A stretch of 63,992 bases of DNA, filler included, from an uncultured bacterium (GCA_964429075.1; 8 parts of 8 records of this genome joined end to end with filler, not necessarily neighbours in it), one strand, 5' to 3'. Shown: positions 8,677 to 19,850, counted from the whole stretch's first letter. Made by a program: numbers and translations. Notes: generated from the sequence alone by a model not told the origin.

Positions 8677-10504
8677 ATATTGTCCTTATTGTTAATACAC
8701 CCTTTACAAATATTGCATAATATATCTCATCTACATAGTATTTATTGTAAACAAGTTTGTATATTTGTTTGAAACGAGTTGCAATCTTCTCTGGCAGATC
8801 ACGTCTTAAAATGTAGAGATAGTAGGCAACAGCGATACCGATTATACCAACCACAACACTCAGGGCCATGAGTCCGTATTCTAAGATCGCTGAATAGTGT
8901 TCAGCTGAGGCCTCTGGTATCCTGGCAATAGATGGCTCAAGCCACCTTTCAAAAATGTTTGAGCCACCAAGGGCCTCAGGCCATCCAAGTGCCCCACCAA
9001 CAAATGAGAGAATCGCCAGAACAACCAATGGTATAACCATTGTCCATGGTGATTCGTGGACATGATGCTTAAGCTCATCTCCACCTCTAAATTCATTAAA
9101 AAAGGTCATAAAAACAAGTCTAAACATGTAAAAGGCTGTAAAAAGGGCAGCAACAGTGCCAAGTAACCATAAGATCAACCCTCCTCGTGGTGAAACAAAA
9201 GACTGGAACAGGATCTCGTCTTTACTGACAAAACCCGAAAGTGGTGGGATACCAGATATTGCCAGCGTGGCTATTAAAAAGGTCTTATATGTCCATGGAA
9301 TTTTATCCTTCAGTCCACCCATCTTTCTCATATCCTGTTCACCACTCATTGCATGTATCACACTGCCGGAGCCCAAAAAGAGACATGCCTTAAAAAAGGC
9401 ATGAGTAACAAGATGAAAAATTCCAGCCGCAAATGCACCCACCCCTACTCCCAGGAACATGTAACCAAGCTGGCTAACTGTAGAGTAGGCAAGGACCTTT
9501 TTAATGTCGTTCTGTGCAATACCGATTGTAGCAGCAAACAGGGCAGTTAGTGCTCCAACTGTTGCTACAACTCCCATTGCAGTTGATGATAGAACGTATA
9601 GATAACTCAATCTTGCCACCATGTATACACCTGCTGTAACCATGGTTGCCGCATGAATTAAAGCGCTAACTGGTGTTGGACCGGCCATTGCATCAGGTAA
9701 CCAAACATAAAGTGGTATCTGTGCAGATTTTCCGGTTGCACCTACAAATAAAAATATACAGATGAGTGTCACAACAGGTATACCAAATAGACTCTTTTGG
9801 GCGAGTATTGCAGCATGATCTCTCAAATCAATAAAATTTAAGCTGAACAGATCTCTGGATGTAAAGGCATATCCTCCTCCACGCCAATCCCCACCAAGGG
9901 CCCAGAATATCAGCATAATCCCAATGATAAATCCAAGATCACCTATTCTATTTACGACAAAGGCCTTCATACCTGCCTTTGCCTTCTGGATATCCTCAAA
10001 CCAAAATCCTATTAACAGATATGAACAGAGCCCTACTCCTTCCCATCCAACAAACATAAGCAAAAGATTATCACCAAGGACAAGAATAAGCATAGAGAAC
10101 ATAAAAAGATTTAAATATGTAAAATAACGGCCAAAAGATCTATCACCATGCATATAACCTATGGAATAGAGATGAATCAATGAACCAACACCGGTGACAA
10201 CAAGTGTCATTGTGCATGATAGAGGATCTAACAATAGTGAGAAATATGTCTTAAGGTCTCCTGATACAAGCCATGGGAAAACCCTATCTATTAGTATTCT
10301 TGACTCTGAATCGAGAGAAAGGAGCTTAAAAAAGAAATAGCATGTTACAATGAATGACAGAAAAGGCATTAAGACTGCAGGGATATATACGATCTTTTCG
10401 CCATATCTATTATGCTTCCATGTCCCAAACAGGGCATTGTAGATACTGCCAAGAAGCGGAAAAAGTGGAATCAACCAGATGTAGTTTGTGTATGTAACCT
10501 CCAT
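8677..10504 (-). CDS. nuoL: NADH-quinone oxidoreductase subunit L (3' truncated)
   Basis: GWEGVGLCSYLLIGFW, KAFVVNRIGD, GKSAQIPLYVWLPDAMAGPTPVSALIHAATMV, HAFFKA. Confidence 0.96.
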
Positions 10505-10508
10505 GCCC

Positions 10509-10820
10509 TCAACCTTTCAACAGTTTCATCTCATCTGCATCTATCTTATGATGATAAAGATAGTATGCCATGACAAGTGCAATGGCAACAACAGCCTCTG
10601 CTGCAGCAATCAATATAACAAAGAGTGCCACAGTCTGTCCTTCTGCACCAAGTTTCCCATATTTAGAAAAGGATATCAGATTTAGATTTGCTGCATTTAA
10701 CATAAGCTCTATGCCGAGAAGCAGACCTATTAAATTCTTTCTTATAAGAATACATAAGATACCACTTGTAAATACAAAGGATGCAACCAGCCCGAAATAT
10801 GTCCCACTGCTAAAAATCAC
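10509..10820 (-). CDS. nuoK: NADH-quinone oxidoreductase subunit K
   Basis: IELMLNAANLN, AAAEAVV, C-terminal LKG. Confidence 0.93.
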   Translation of the reverse strand: MIFSSGTYFGLVASFVFTSGILCILIRKNLIGLLLGIELMLNAANLNLISFSKYGKLGAEGQTVALFVILIAAAEAVVAIALVMAYYLYHHKIDADEMKLLKG

Positions 10821-11311
10821 TTCTCAATCTCCTTTTTAATTAGAACAACTGCACCTATCAGTGCTGCTACCAGAAGAATACTTACAGCCTCAAATGGGAA
10901 AAGATACTTGCCAAGTAAAAGATTACCTATATCGGAAAGAACTATTTTTTTGCCACCTGTATGGTTAATAGAGTTGTACGTATTAAAAATAGATATTGCT
11001 AAAAGCACAAAAGCAGCAAGAAATATTAAAACTCTCTTTTTTGTACCAGACAGTGGATTTGAACCCCTTCCCTGCCCTATCTTCTGGGTTAACATGATAC
11101 CAAAAAGAAAAAGGACACAGATCCCACCCACATATATAAGAAGTTGAATCATTGCTACAAAGGGTGCATCAAGATAGAGGTAGAATCCTGCAAAGGATGC
11201 AAGGGTTACAAACAGTCCAACAAGCGAATGCATCAGGTTCTTGCTAAAACACACAAGAAGACAACCAACAACTGTAAAGACTCCAAGTATTATGGCAAAT
11301 ATCTCACCCAC
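10817..11311 (-). CDS. nuoJ: NADH-quinone oxidoreductase subunit J
   Basis: QLLIYVGGI.VLFLFGIML, YLFPFEAVSILLVAALIGAV. Confidence 0.93.
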   Translation of the reverse strand: MGEIFAIILGVFTVVGCLLVCFSKNLMHSLVGLFVTLASFAGFYLYLDAPFVAMIQLLIYVGGICVLFLFGIMLTQKIGQGRGSNPLSGTKKRVLIFLAAFVLLAISIFNTYNSINHTGGKKIVLSDIGNLLLGKYLFPFEAVSILLVAALIGAVVLIKKEIEK

Positions 11312-12388
11312 TTATAACTCCGTTGGATGAATAGAAAATAGAAAATCCGTGTCTTTACTCACCCTGCCATCAGGTCCAACTCCCATAAACCGATCTTCAT
11401 CGCCAGCAACCTCTTCTGCCACCTCTGTTTTTTTCTGTTTAGTTTCAGAAACATTATCGCCGGCAAAACGTGCCTTAATCAGCGATTCGATACTGATTTT
11501 AGTTTCATCGCCACCAGGTTCACATAATGTAAGATCCTTCTCCTCACCAGTAGTAAGGGCCTTTGCATATCCTTCACAATCATCATAACCGCAGGCACCA
11601 CAATCTGTACCTGCAAGTTTACTCTTTAACATCTCCTTAAAATCTTCAATACTAAGTTCCTTAATTTTTGAGCTATCTTCTCTTGGTTTCTGGATTAAGG
11701 ACTTTTCTTTGCGCACCTCTTTCTTTGCGATTAGCTCTTCGGGGCATGTTGCAGGATCAGAAAATGAAGGCCATCCACTTTTGTCTGTCTGCAGGTGTCC
11801 TCTTCTGTGAGGATATACCATATTTATAGATGCTAATTGTGGACTATAATCTGTTAGGAAATGTTCTCTCAATATTGAACCTAATGGCTTTCTCTCAGGG
11901 TCTACGCCCTTTTTTGGTTTATAGACCTTTTTTGGCTCACCATATTTAATAAATTGAAACACAAGCTTATCCTGATCTGTAACTGCATATTGAAATTCTT
12001 TTGTATGCATTATAGCTCCAGTTGGACAGGGTTCGCTACACAATCCGCAAAACATACATTTGGAGTTATCTATATCAAATAACAGGATGTATCTGTCTTT
12101 CTTTTCATCGCCCCACTTTTCAACAACAATATTTATCACTCCGAGTGGACATGCCCTCATGCAGGCCTTGCAACCGGTACAAATGTCAATATCAACCTCT
12201 AAAAGACCACGAGAACCCTCCGGTATATAGTCTCTTATATCTTTTTCTATCCTGTCTGGATACTGGATTGTATACGGCCTCCTAAAGAGGTATGATAATG
12301 TTACACTCATGCCTTTGAAGATACTGACAAATGTATCTTTTATGTTTGTTAAGTAAGTGTTTTTATTTTGTTTTGCAGTAGTTACCAT
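11312..12388 (-). CDS. nuoI: NuoI with C-terminal extra putative [4Fe-4S] domain (RnfB/AcsC N-terminal type)
   Basis: TIQYP, CTGCKACMRACP and CMFCGLCSEPCP; extra DCGACGYDDC...CEPGG; lies between nuoH and nuoJ. Confidence 0.9.
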   Translation of the reverse strand: MVTTAKQNKNTYLTNIKDTFVSIFKGMSVTLSYLFRRPYTIQYPDRIEKDIRDYIPEGSRGLLEVDIDICTGCKACMRACPLGVINIVVEKWGDEKKDRYILLFDIDNSKCMFCGLCSEPCPTGAIMHTKEFQYAVTDQDKLVFQFIKYGEPKKVYKPKKGVDPERKPLGSILREHFLTDYSPQLASINMVYPHRRGHLQTDKSGWPSFSDPATCPEELIAKKEVRKEKSLIQKPREDSSKIKELSIEDFKEMLKSKLAGTDCGACGYDDCEGYAKALTTGEEKDLTLCEPGGDETKISIESLIKARFAGDNVSETKQKKTEVAEEVAGDEDRFMGVGPDGRVSKDTDFLFSIHPTEL

Positions 12389-13563
12389 ATCTGTTTTAAA
12401 GTAATAGTTTCTTTTGCACCTTTTACGTAACCAATTGCCCTCTTAAGCATCAGAACAAAGGCAAAAACAAAACTCAAAAATGTTAAAACACCAAAGATTG
12501 GTTCTGTTGGCCTAAAGAAAAACAACCATAATCCGGCTATAAAAAGGGCTAGAAATCCTATCGGTACAAGATACTTCCAGCACATCTCCATCATCTGATC
12601 TATCCTCAATCTTGGAAGTGTCCATCTCAACCAGATGATAACGAAAACGAGTATAAACGCCTTTAACATAAAGATAACTATTGACAATATCGGATAAAAT
12701 TTGCTGCTTTGATCGATCAAAGGTACCTGCCAGCCTCCCAGAAATACAGCTGTTGCAATTGCAGATATAACATAAAGATTTGCCCATTCTGAAAGAAAGA
12801 AAACTGCAAATCTAAAACCGGAATACTCGGTATTGTATCCTGATACGAGTTCACTCTCTGCCTCTGGAAGATCAAAAGGTGTCCTGTTTGATTCTGCAAG
12901 TGATGATATAAAGAAGATAAAAAAAGCTATCGTGCCTGCAGGGTTTCCAAAAACATTCCATTGCCAGGGCCATGGACCCTGAAGCATTATTATCTTTTGA
13001 ATGCTAAGTGTTCCCGACAAAAGGACTATTGTTGTTAGCGCAATACCACTCGGAATTTCATAGGCAATTATCTGTGCTGCAGACCTCAACCCACCAAGAA
13101 CCGACCATTTATTGTTTGATGACCACCCACTCAGGATTATTCCTATAACGACAAGAGATGATACAGCAACAAGATACACGATGGCAACATCAAAATCTAT
13201 CCCAACCACATGACTCCCAAAAGGTATGACTGCAAAGGTTGCAAACATACCGGTAAACACAAGATAGGGTCCAATATGGAACAAAAGTGAATCTCCAGCA
13301 GGCGGGATAAAATCCTCTTTTAAGATTACCTTAATGCCGTCTGCAATCCATTGCAGTATTCCCTGTGGACCGACCCGGTTTGGACCGATCCTTGCTTGCA
13401 TTCTACCCGCTATCCTGCGCTCAACATAACTCACAATTCCTGCGAATGGAGCAGTAAAGATAAAGAGCACCAAAAATGCATAAAGCAACGCAACTATAAG
13501 CATCAGGATGTTATTATCTTTTGAAATTTGAAGCAGCTCTATTATACCTTCTGGGAATTGCAT
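12382..13563 (-). CDS. nuoH: NADH-quinone oxidoreductase subunit H
   Basis: ERRIAGRMQARIGPNRVGPQG, ESNRTPFDLPEAESELVSGYNTEYSG, RWTLPRLRIDQ. Confidence 0.96.
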   Translation of the reverse strand: MQFPEGIIELLQISKDNNILMLIVALLYAFLVLFIFTAPFAGIVSYVERRIAGRMQARIGPNRVGPQGILQWIADGIKVILKEDFIPPAGDSLLFHIGPYLVFTGMFATFAVIPFGSHVVGIDFDVAIVYLVAVSSLVVIGIILSGWSSNNKWSVLGGLRSAAQIIAYEIPSGIALTTIVLLSGTLSIQKIIMLQGPWPWQWNVFGNPAGTIAFFIFFISSLAESNRTPFDLPEAESELVSGYNTEYSGFRFAVFFLSEWANLYVISAIATAVFLGGWQVPLIDQSSKFYPILSIVIFMLKAFILVFVIIWLRWTLPRLRIDQMMEMCWKYLVPIGFLALFIAGLWLFFFRPTEPIFGVLTFLSFVFAFVLMLKRAIGYVKGAKETITLKQIW

Positions 13564-14687
13564 TATCTATCTACCTCCGGTGCAACAACATCCATGCTTG
13601 CAATAAGGGTAATCATATCTGCAATCAGAATACCTTTTGCCTTTTTCTCTATTGCGTGCATTGCAGAAAATGATCCTGTTCTTATTTTCACCCTGAATGG
13701 CGTTTCACTGCCATCCCCAACAACAAAATAACCAAGTTCACCCCTTGAACTCTCAACTGCGGTGTAGGTCATCCCATCTACCTTTAATTTTCTTGGCAAT
13801 TTTGCCATAATCGGCCCATCTGGCAGGTTCTGAAGGCACTGTCTGATCATCTTTACAGACTCTCTCATCTCGCCAATTCTTACAACAAAACGATCAAAAC
13901 TATCCCCTACTGTGCCCATTTCTCCCTTGCCGACAACCACATTAAAATCTAACTCTGGATATATTGAATAGGGCATGTCTCTCCTCAAATCCCAGTCTAC
14001 TCCACTTGCTCTTAAGTTTGGCCCCACAAGACCAAAATCCAGTGCCTCCTTATCAGTTATTACGACCACATCTTTGAGCCTTTCAATATAAATTTTATTA
14101 TATGTAATAAGATCGTTAAACTCATCTATAAAGGGTTCAAAAGAGTCCAGAAATTTCAAGCAGGCATCCTTCCACCCATCTGGGATATCCCTTGCAACTC
14201 CACCAATCCTCATATAATTATATGTGAGACGTTGTCCACACAACCACTCCATCAAATCATTTACCTTTTCCCTCTCTTTTAAACCAAGGACAAATGGAGT
14301 GACTGCTCCAATATCCATTGCCATAACACCAAGCATCAGAAGGTGGCTTATAATTCTGTTGAGCTCATCAGCAATAACCCGTAGATACTCTGCCCTTTTT
14401 GGGACCTCAATACCGAGTAATTTTTCAACAGCCATTGCATATCCATGATTGGCAAGCATCGCAGATAGATAATCAACCCTATCTGTATAGGGCATAAAGC
14501 CATTGTAGGTCACATCTTCTGCACACTTTTCAATAGATCTATGAAGATATCCAACAACCGCTCTGCATCCAAGTATTAACTCACCATCTGTCTCGAGCAC
14601 AAAACGCAGTACACCATGTGTGGAGGGATGGTGTGGCCCCATATTAAGAATAATTTTGTTGCTCTTTTTATCTACAAATTCTATCAA
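13563..14687 (-). CDS. nuoD: NADH-quinone oxidoreductase subunit D
   Basis: NMGPHHPSTHGVLR, GYLHR, DRVDY, ESSRGE, EVDR; no NiFe CxxC motifs. Confidence 0.95.
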   Translation of the reverse strand: MIEFVDKKSNKIILNMGPHHPSTHGVLRFVLETDGELILGCRAVVGYLHRSIEKCAEDVTYNGFMPYTDRVDYLSAMLANHGYAMAVEKLLGIEVPKRAEYLRVIADELNRIISHLLMLGVMAMDIGAVTPFVLGLKEREKVNDLMEWLCGQRLTYNYMRIGGVARDIPDGWKDACLKFLDSFEPFIDEFNDLITYNKIYIERLKDVVVITDKEALDFGLVGPNLRASGVDWDLRRDMPYSIYPELDFNVVVGKGEMGTVGDSFDRFVVRIGEMRESVKMIRQCLQNLPDGPIMAKLPRKLKVDGMTYTAVESSRGELGYFVVGDGSETPFRVKIRTGSFSAMHAIEKKAKGILIADMITLIASMDVVAPEVDR

Positions 14688-15217
14688 TCCTTTTCCTCTA
14701 TACCATATTTATCTTTTGCAAAAACGGCACCTCTCTCGAGTAGATTTGGCCTGAAGGCAGTTATATTGTGATAGGATGTCGGAAACTGATAGTCCTTTCT
14801 CATCGGAAATCCCTCCCAGTCATCTGGTAGTAGTAGATGATCTGTAACATCGAGGCCTTCAAATTCTACTCCAAAAAGCTCTTTGGTTTCTCTCTCAAAC
14901 CATGATGCAGATTCGAAAAGTGAACTTATAGACCTTACTACAGGTTTATCTCTATCCAATGCAACAAGCAGGCTGAATAATGTCTTATTCCTGTAGGACC
15001 AGAAGTGATAAACAATCTCAATTACCTTTTGATCAGGCCTATCAATGCCTGAAATACAATCCAGTACTGCCTCAATATCTCTGTCTTCTTTTAGTCCTTT
15101 TACAACATCAAAAAGACCATCCTTTGAGATCACCAGACACGGTTCCTTTGAGACATCAAGGGTCTTTTCAAAAAAATTTTTTGAGATATCCTTAAGCCTT
15201 GTCAACAAATCTTGCAT
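14684..15217 (-). CDS. nuoC: NADH-quinone oxidoreductase subunit C
   Basis: [29 protein letters not shown]. Confidence 0.92.
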   Translation of the reverse strand: MQDLLTRLKDISKNFFEKTLDVSKEPCLVISKDGLFDVVKGLKEDRDIEAVLDCISGIDRPDQKVIEIVYHFWSYRNKTLFSLLVALDRDKPVVRSISSLFESASWFERETKELFGVEFEGLDVTDHLLLPDDWEGFPMRKDYQFPTSYHNITAFRPNLLERGAVFAKDKYGIEEKD

Positions 15218-15800
15218 CCTTTATCTTTGCCTCTCTTGGTTCATCAATACGCTTTAACCAGTCTTCTTTCATCATGAGTTCCTGTATTTTCATCATACCC
15301 CACAACAATGCCTCAGGCCTTGGAGGGCATCCCGGCACATAGACATCAACAGGTAATATCAAATCAACACCCTTTACCACAGAATAGCTCCTCTGAAAAA
15401 GACCGCCAGAGGTTGCACAGCTTCCCATTGCAAGACAGTATTTTGGCTCGGTCATCTGTTCGTATAAGAGAAGTGCTCTTTCTGCCATTTTATAGGTGAG
15501 GGTCCCGGAAACAATTAACAGATCTGCCTGTCTAGGAGTTGCTCTAAAGACCATACCAAATCTATCAAGATCTGTTCTTGGACCACCTGTCTGCATCATC
15601 TCAATGGCACAACATGCAAGACCAAAGAGCAGATACCATAAAGAGGATTTACGAAGCCAGTTTACCACATCATTCCCACCATGTTCGAATAACTCTTTTA
15701 AAAACTGATGCATTGTCACGGTATCGGTAACGACTATTCCACCGTCACCAGTAGATTCAACCCTTAAGTTTAGTTTAATGTCTTCGGATCCTTTATCCAC
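15192..15800 (-). CDS. nuoB: NADH-quinone oxidoreductase subunit B
   Basis: [36 protein letters not shown]. Confidence 0.96.
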   Translation of the reverse strand: MDKGSEDIKLNLRVESTGDGGIVVTDTVTMHQFLKELFEHGGNDVVNWLRKSSLWYLLFGLACCAIEMMQTGGPRTDLDRFGMVFRATPRQADLLIVSGTLTYKMAERALLLYEQMTEPKYCLAMGSCATSGGLFQRSYSVVKGVDLILPVDVYVPGCPPRPEALLWGMMKIQELMMKEDWLKRIDEPREAKIKDARFVDKA

Positions 15801-16165
15801 TTAAGATCTCCCTTTTTCCAGCAATAAATAAGAGCGGCAAAAAGGATTGCCACAAAAAGCATAATTTCAAAAAATGCAACAGGCCCATGACCCCTTCTTA
15901 AAAATCCCCTGTAAACTGCAGCAACAGGGAAAATGAGGGCAAGCTCTACATCAAAGATCAAAAATATTACAGCAAAAATATAATATCTCGGGTTATATTG
16001 GAACCAGCCACTACCATAAGGGATTTCACCACATTCATAGGTTGTTGCTTTCCCTACTGTGTTATGTGCACGGGGTCTGAGAAGGGCACCAATCAAAAGA
16101 GTGATTCCAACAAATATAGGTGCTGCGACTATAAATGTAAATGCAACAAGAAACTCTGAGCTCAT
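15770..16165 (-). CDS. nuoA: NADH-quinone oxidoreductase subunit A
   Basis: [28 protein letters not shown]; start reassigned to ATG at 16165. Confidence 0.93.
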   Translation of the reverse strand: MSSEFLVAFTFIVAAPIFVGITLLIGALLRPRAHNTVGKATTYECGEIPYGSGWFQYNPRYYIFAVIFLIFDVELALIFPVAAVYRGFLRRGHGPVAFFEIMLFVAILFAALIYCWKKGDLKWIKDPKTLN

Positions 16166-16193
16166 AACACAACGCCGTTTAAAAATTGTTGCA

Positions 16194-16222
16194 TCTATAA
16201 TTGAATTTATAAAATGTGTCAA
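16194..16222 (-). promoter_or_regulatory. putative sigma70 promoter of nuo operon
   Basis: minus-strand TTGACA (16222-16217), 17 bp spacer, TATAGA (16199-16194). Confidence 0.5.
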
Positions 16223-16331
16223 GGTAGGATTTCATATTGTCCCAATTATGACAAATGAAATCTATATTTACCAGACTTTATATATTCTGTTTTTCATTGT
16301 ATATAGTTCCTGAACAAATTGGTAAGTCACT

Positions 16332-17094
16332 ATGAACGAAGTTTTTTTTAGATTTTTTATTTTACTATATTTTTGTTTTAGTCTCTTTGCTTGCACAAAG
16401 ATTAGTTCTGTCAAGTTAGTACCCCTGTCAGGTGAAGACAGGCTTGTTGATAGTCCCGATATTAAAAAAGGCTATGTTGGATGGTATCCCTCTATTGTTA
16501 TTGGTAAAGATGATACAGTCTATCTCTTTTACTGTAACGGACATTATGGCTATCTTGAGTTGTTCTACGGGAAAAAGGGAGACTTCAAAAAGGTCACAAT
16601 AGACGACCAGGGGGCAGTCGGAATGTATATAGATGCCTTAATGGACAAAAATGGTACAATACACGTAATCTATGGGGATCAGGGTAAGCAGAGGCTTAAG
16701 TATGCCAGAGGCAACCCTGAGATAGGCTGGAAAATAAAGGTTATCGATTGGGGCAAGGATGTTGGTATGGCATCAAGGATACTTCTGGACAAATCTGGTA
16801 TGGCACATTTCTTTTACTATGATCATAAGAATCGTTTAATCCATCTATACTTTGATAATGGAGTCTACAAAAGAGATATTATTAAACATGCAGGTGGTAG
16901 CCATTCTGTCAAAATTGGTGTGGCAATAGACGATTCTGGCACAATGTATGTCAGTTTTATTGACTTTCAGATAACAAGTTCAACCTTTTACCTTGCTAAA
17001 GGAACAACCCATAAATGGCAGATCTATACAGTTGAAGATCTTAATGCCCCGGGCTGGAACAGTGATATAATACTTAAAAAAGACAATAAAATAG
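16332..17094 (+). CDS. putative lipoprotein with repeated beta-propeller-like blades (3' truncated)
   Basis: signal peptide ending LFAC; repeated G.Y....D..G..H..Y.D....L.YA-like units. Confidence 0.6.
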
Positions 17095-17194
17095 NNNNNN
17101 NNNNNNNNNNNNNNNNNNNNNNNNNNNNNNNNNNNNNNTTAATTAATTAANNNNNNNNNNNNNNNNNNNNNNNNNNNNNNNNNNNNNNNNNNNN
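17095..17194. other. artificial contig linker
   Basis: 44 N + TTAATTAATTAA + 44 N. Confidence 0.98.
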
Positions 17195-17195
17195 T

Positions 17196-18356
17196 CTTAA
17201 GGGGTTATACGAAAGACGCTTTCTAAAATATGAAGAACTTCCAAGATATTTTCAAAATTATCTATACACAGAAAAGATTGCAGAGAGGTTAAAGGAGGAT
17301 CCGGATACCTATCTTAACTCCTTAATTAAAACACCTACGCGAGAAAAGTTGTTAGAGCGTGGTCCAGTATTCCTCATCACTCTTGCAAGATTGATAGAGG
17401 CATCAGAGTGGGAGCTTGCCGAAAGATTGCTAAAGACCCTGAAGGTTGCCTTTAAGGAGGCAGATTTATTAGATATGTACAGAGATGCAATCTCCTCTTT
17501 GTGTCAGACTGACCTTGTTAATATACTAAAAGATGCATTTAAAAAGGAACAAAAAGAACAAAGAAGACATATAACCTACATTATTAAGGAATTTGGCGAT
17601 CATATGGTAGATGAGGTAATCTCTGTTTTGAAGGAGAGTGAAAATCAATCTGTAAGACACGACGCTATTGAAATCCTTGTAGCTATCGGGGAGAACTCGG
17701 TTCCAGGACTTGTAGAGGAGCTAATGAATAAAGACAACCCCTGGTACCTAAAGAGGAACATCCTTGTTATCCTTGGAAAGATAGGGATACTCCATCCAGG
17801 TATAGATTTTAGAGCCCTTATGAAGGATGAGAATATAAAACTTAAAACAGAGGTGTTAAAAACTGCATTTACCCTGATGGGTCATGATTCACTACCACTA
17901 TTTAGCGAATTTCTTAGAAATGCTGATCCAGAGGGATTTTCAGAGGCTATTAAGATTGTCACAGGTTCATTTAGAATCAATAGAGAGCTTGCAAATCTCT
18001 TTATTCCACACATTACTAGATATAATGTATCTGAAAGGTATCTTGAAGTAGCACAGATCTGTATGAGGTCTCTTATTTCTACAACAGACATAGATCAGGA
18101 AGGAAAAGAGGCCATAGAGGCTGCAATAATCCAGATCCTTGAGCTGGCAATACAGAATAAAAAGAAAGATTTTCTCACTCGTATAAAAGGGATTGTCAAA
18201 AAAGAGTTGCCAATAGACGATGAGCTCTTTGAGCTGTTCATTGCCTTTTTATCCAGACAAGGTGGACAAAAAACCAAGGACTTTATTGTTAGATATAGAA
18301 ATGAGCTACCGGAATTTGCAATCAAAAGGACAGAGCACCTTTTTCATTCAAAATGA
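17196..18356 (+). CDS. HEAT-repeat protein (5' truncated)
   Basis: frame open from contig start; VRHDAIEILVAIG and WYLKRNILVILGKIG HEAT-like units. Confidence 0.7.
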   Translation, partial: LKGLYERRFLKYEELPRYFQNYLYTEKIAERLKEDPDTYLNSLIKTPTREKLLERGPVFLITLARLIEASEWELAERLLKTLKVAFKEADLLDMYRDAISSLCQTDLVNILKDAFKKEQKEQRRHITYIIKEFGDHMVDEVISVLKESENQSVRHDAIEILVAIGENSVPGLVEELMNKDNPWYLKRNILVILGKIGILHPGIDFRALMKDENIKLKTEVLKTAFTLMGHDSLPLFSEFLRNADPEGFSEAIKIVTGSFRINRELANLFIPHITRYNVSERYLEVAQICMRSLISTTDIDQEGKEAIEAAIIQILELAIQNKKKDFLTRIKGIVKKELPIDDELFELFIAFLSRQGGQKTKDFIVRYRNELPEFAIKRTEHLFHSK

Positions 18357-19741
18357 AAAGGGATAGTAAGGCAGGGACATACAGGGTCATAAGGTTGCTT
18401 GGACAGGGTGGAATGGCACAGGTATATCTTGCCGAAAAGCATGGTCCTGCTGGTTTTAGAAAGAGGGTAGTACTGAAAAGAATCCTTGGTGGAAGAGAAC
18501 GGGACCACGAGTTTGAAGATCTATTTACAAAAGAGGCAAAGATAGCATCTCTACTCGATCATCCAAATATTGTTAAAATTTTTGACTTTGGAAGGGATGA
18601 GGAGGGTTACTATATAGTAATGGAATATGTCGAAGGTATAACTTTAAAAGGGCTTTACCCTCTTCTTATAGATCTTGATCCAATAGACAGATTGAGACTG
18701 GCTGTGTGGGTTATTAAAGATGTTGCAAGGGCACTCTCTTATGCCCACAATTATCAAAGAGATGGCATACTTGGTATTGTACACCGGGATGTAAGTCCGC
18801 AAAATGTCCTGTTGTCCATTCATGGGGAGGTAAAGCTGAGTGATTTTGGTATTGCAAAGGCGCTTGAAGTTACTGACTACACACAGACAGGCAGAATAAT
18901 CGGAAAACTTCCATATATGGCCCCAGAGATGCTTGAAAATGGCATTTCATCCAAAAAGACCGATGTATTTGCACTCGGTGTCCTTAGCTGGGAGATGGTA
19001 TGTGCCAGAAGGCTATTTGATGCTAAATCTCATAATGAAATAAGAAGGCAGATAATTGATGGTCTGGTCCCGCCACCATCAGTCTTCAATGATGATATAC
19101 CCGATTATCTCGAAAGCTTGATCCTTATGATGCTTCACAAAAAACCTCATCTAAGACCAGATGCAGCAACAATTGTGGATATGCTTTCCAGGGCCGCTTT
19201 AAGTGGTCTTGGAGTTATGACTGAAGAGGCAGGAGATATAATAAAAGAGATAGTTAATAAGAGGTTCCACTTAGTGACAACACAGATTTTTGCTGACACT
19301 GACACTAACAAAAGAAAGACAAACAAAAAACAATATGCTTTTCTTTTTGGCATTTTTATTTTGTTTTTTTNNNNNNNNNNCGCAGATCCTTATAATATTT
19401 TTAGAAAAGAATTGCCGTTCTCAAAAAACCGCAGCTCAAAAAATTTGGCAACAGACAAAAAGGTGCTAAAGAGATCTCGAGTTATACCAATAAAAACTAT
19501 AGCAACAACAAAAAATTCAAAAGGATATGGGTTTCTTACAGTAAACACAATACCATGGACTTCAGTTTATATAGACGGTAGATATGTTGGCTCAACACCT
19601 ATTTCGGCTTTGAGATTAAAGGAAGGGGTGCACAACGTGGTTGTAAAAAATACCAGCTTTGGCATAATTAAAAAGAGTAGAATTACAATTAAAAAGGGTA
19701 AAAAAGAGAGATTAATATTATCATTAATGGATAAAGAATAA
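18353..19741 (+). CDS. membrane Ser/Thr protein kinase with C-terminal PEGA-like domain
   Basis: LGQGGMAQVY, VVLKRI, HRDVSPQN, DFGIAK, YMAPE; TM segment spanning a 10-N gap; LTVNTIPWTSVYIDG...G.TP. Confidence 0.92.
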   Translation: MKRDSKAGTYRVIRLLGQGGMAQVYLAEKHGPAGFRKRVVLKRILGGRERDHEFEDLFTKEAKIASLLDHPNIVKIFDFGRDEEGYYIVMEYVEGITLKGLYPLLIDLDPIDRLRLAVWVIKDVARALSYAHNYQRDGILGIVHRDVSPQNVLLSIHGEVKLSDFGIAKALEVTDYTQTGRIIGKLPYMAPEMLENGISSKKTDVFALGVLSWEMVCARRLFDAKSHNEIRRQIIDGLVPPPSVFNDDIPDYLESLILMMLHKKPHLRPDAATIVDMLSRAALSGLGVMTEEAGDIIKEIVNKRFHLVTTQIFADTDTNKRKTNKKQYAFLFGIFILFFXXXXADPYNIFRKELPFSKNRSSKNLATDKKVLKRSRVIPIKTIATTKNSKGYGFLTVNTIPWTSVYIDGRYVGSTPISALRLKEGVHNVVVKNTSFGIIKKSRITIKKGKKERLILSLMDKE

Positions 19742-19850
19742 TTTGATTACTGTTTTCTTTTTTTGAAAAAAAAGAGACTTTATAACAATCAGACCCTTCC
19801 CATTTTTTATATTTGCAATAAATTTATTCTTATTCTATAAGACTTATGAA

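Noticed and set aside
8251-10504. Apparent linkage of nuoL to the ThDP enzyme/SSADH, and apparent absence of nuoM/nuoN
   Set aside because: A contig boundary lies between them. nuoL is truncated, so nuoM/N probably continue on another contig.
13563-15800. Possible group 4 [NiFe]-hydrogenase instead of complex I
   Set aside because: The large subunit has no Ni-binding CxxC pairs and has NuoD motifs, and the small subunit has the NuoB tandem CC.
19371-19380. Gap after a poly-T run in the kinase TM region, suggesting phase variation
   Set aside because: The sequence is unresolved, so tract length and frame cannot be read.
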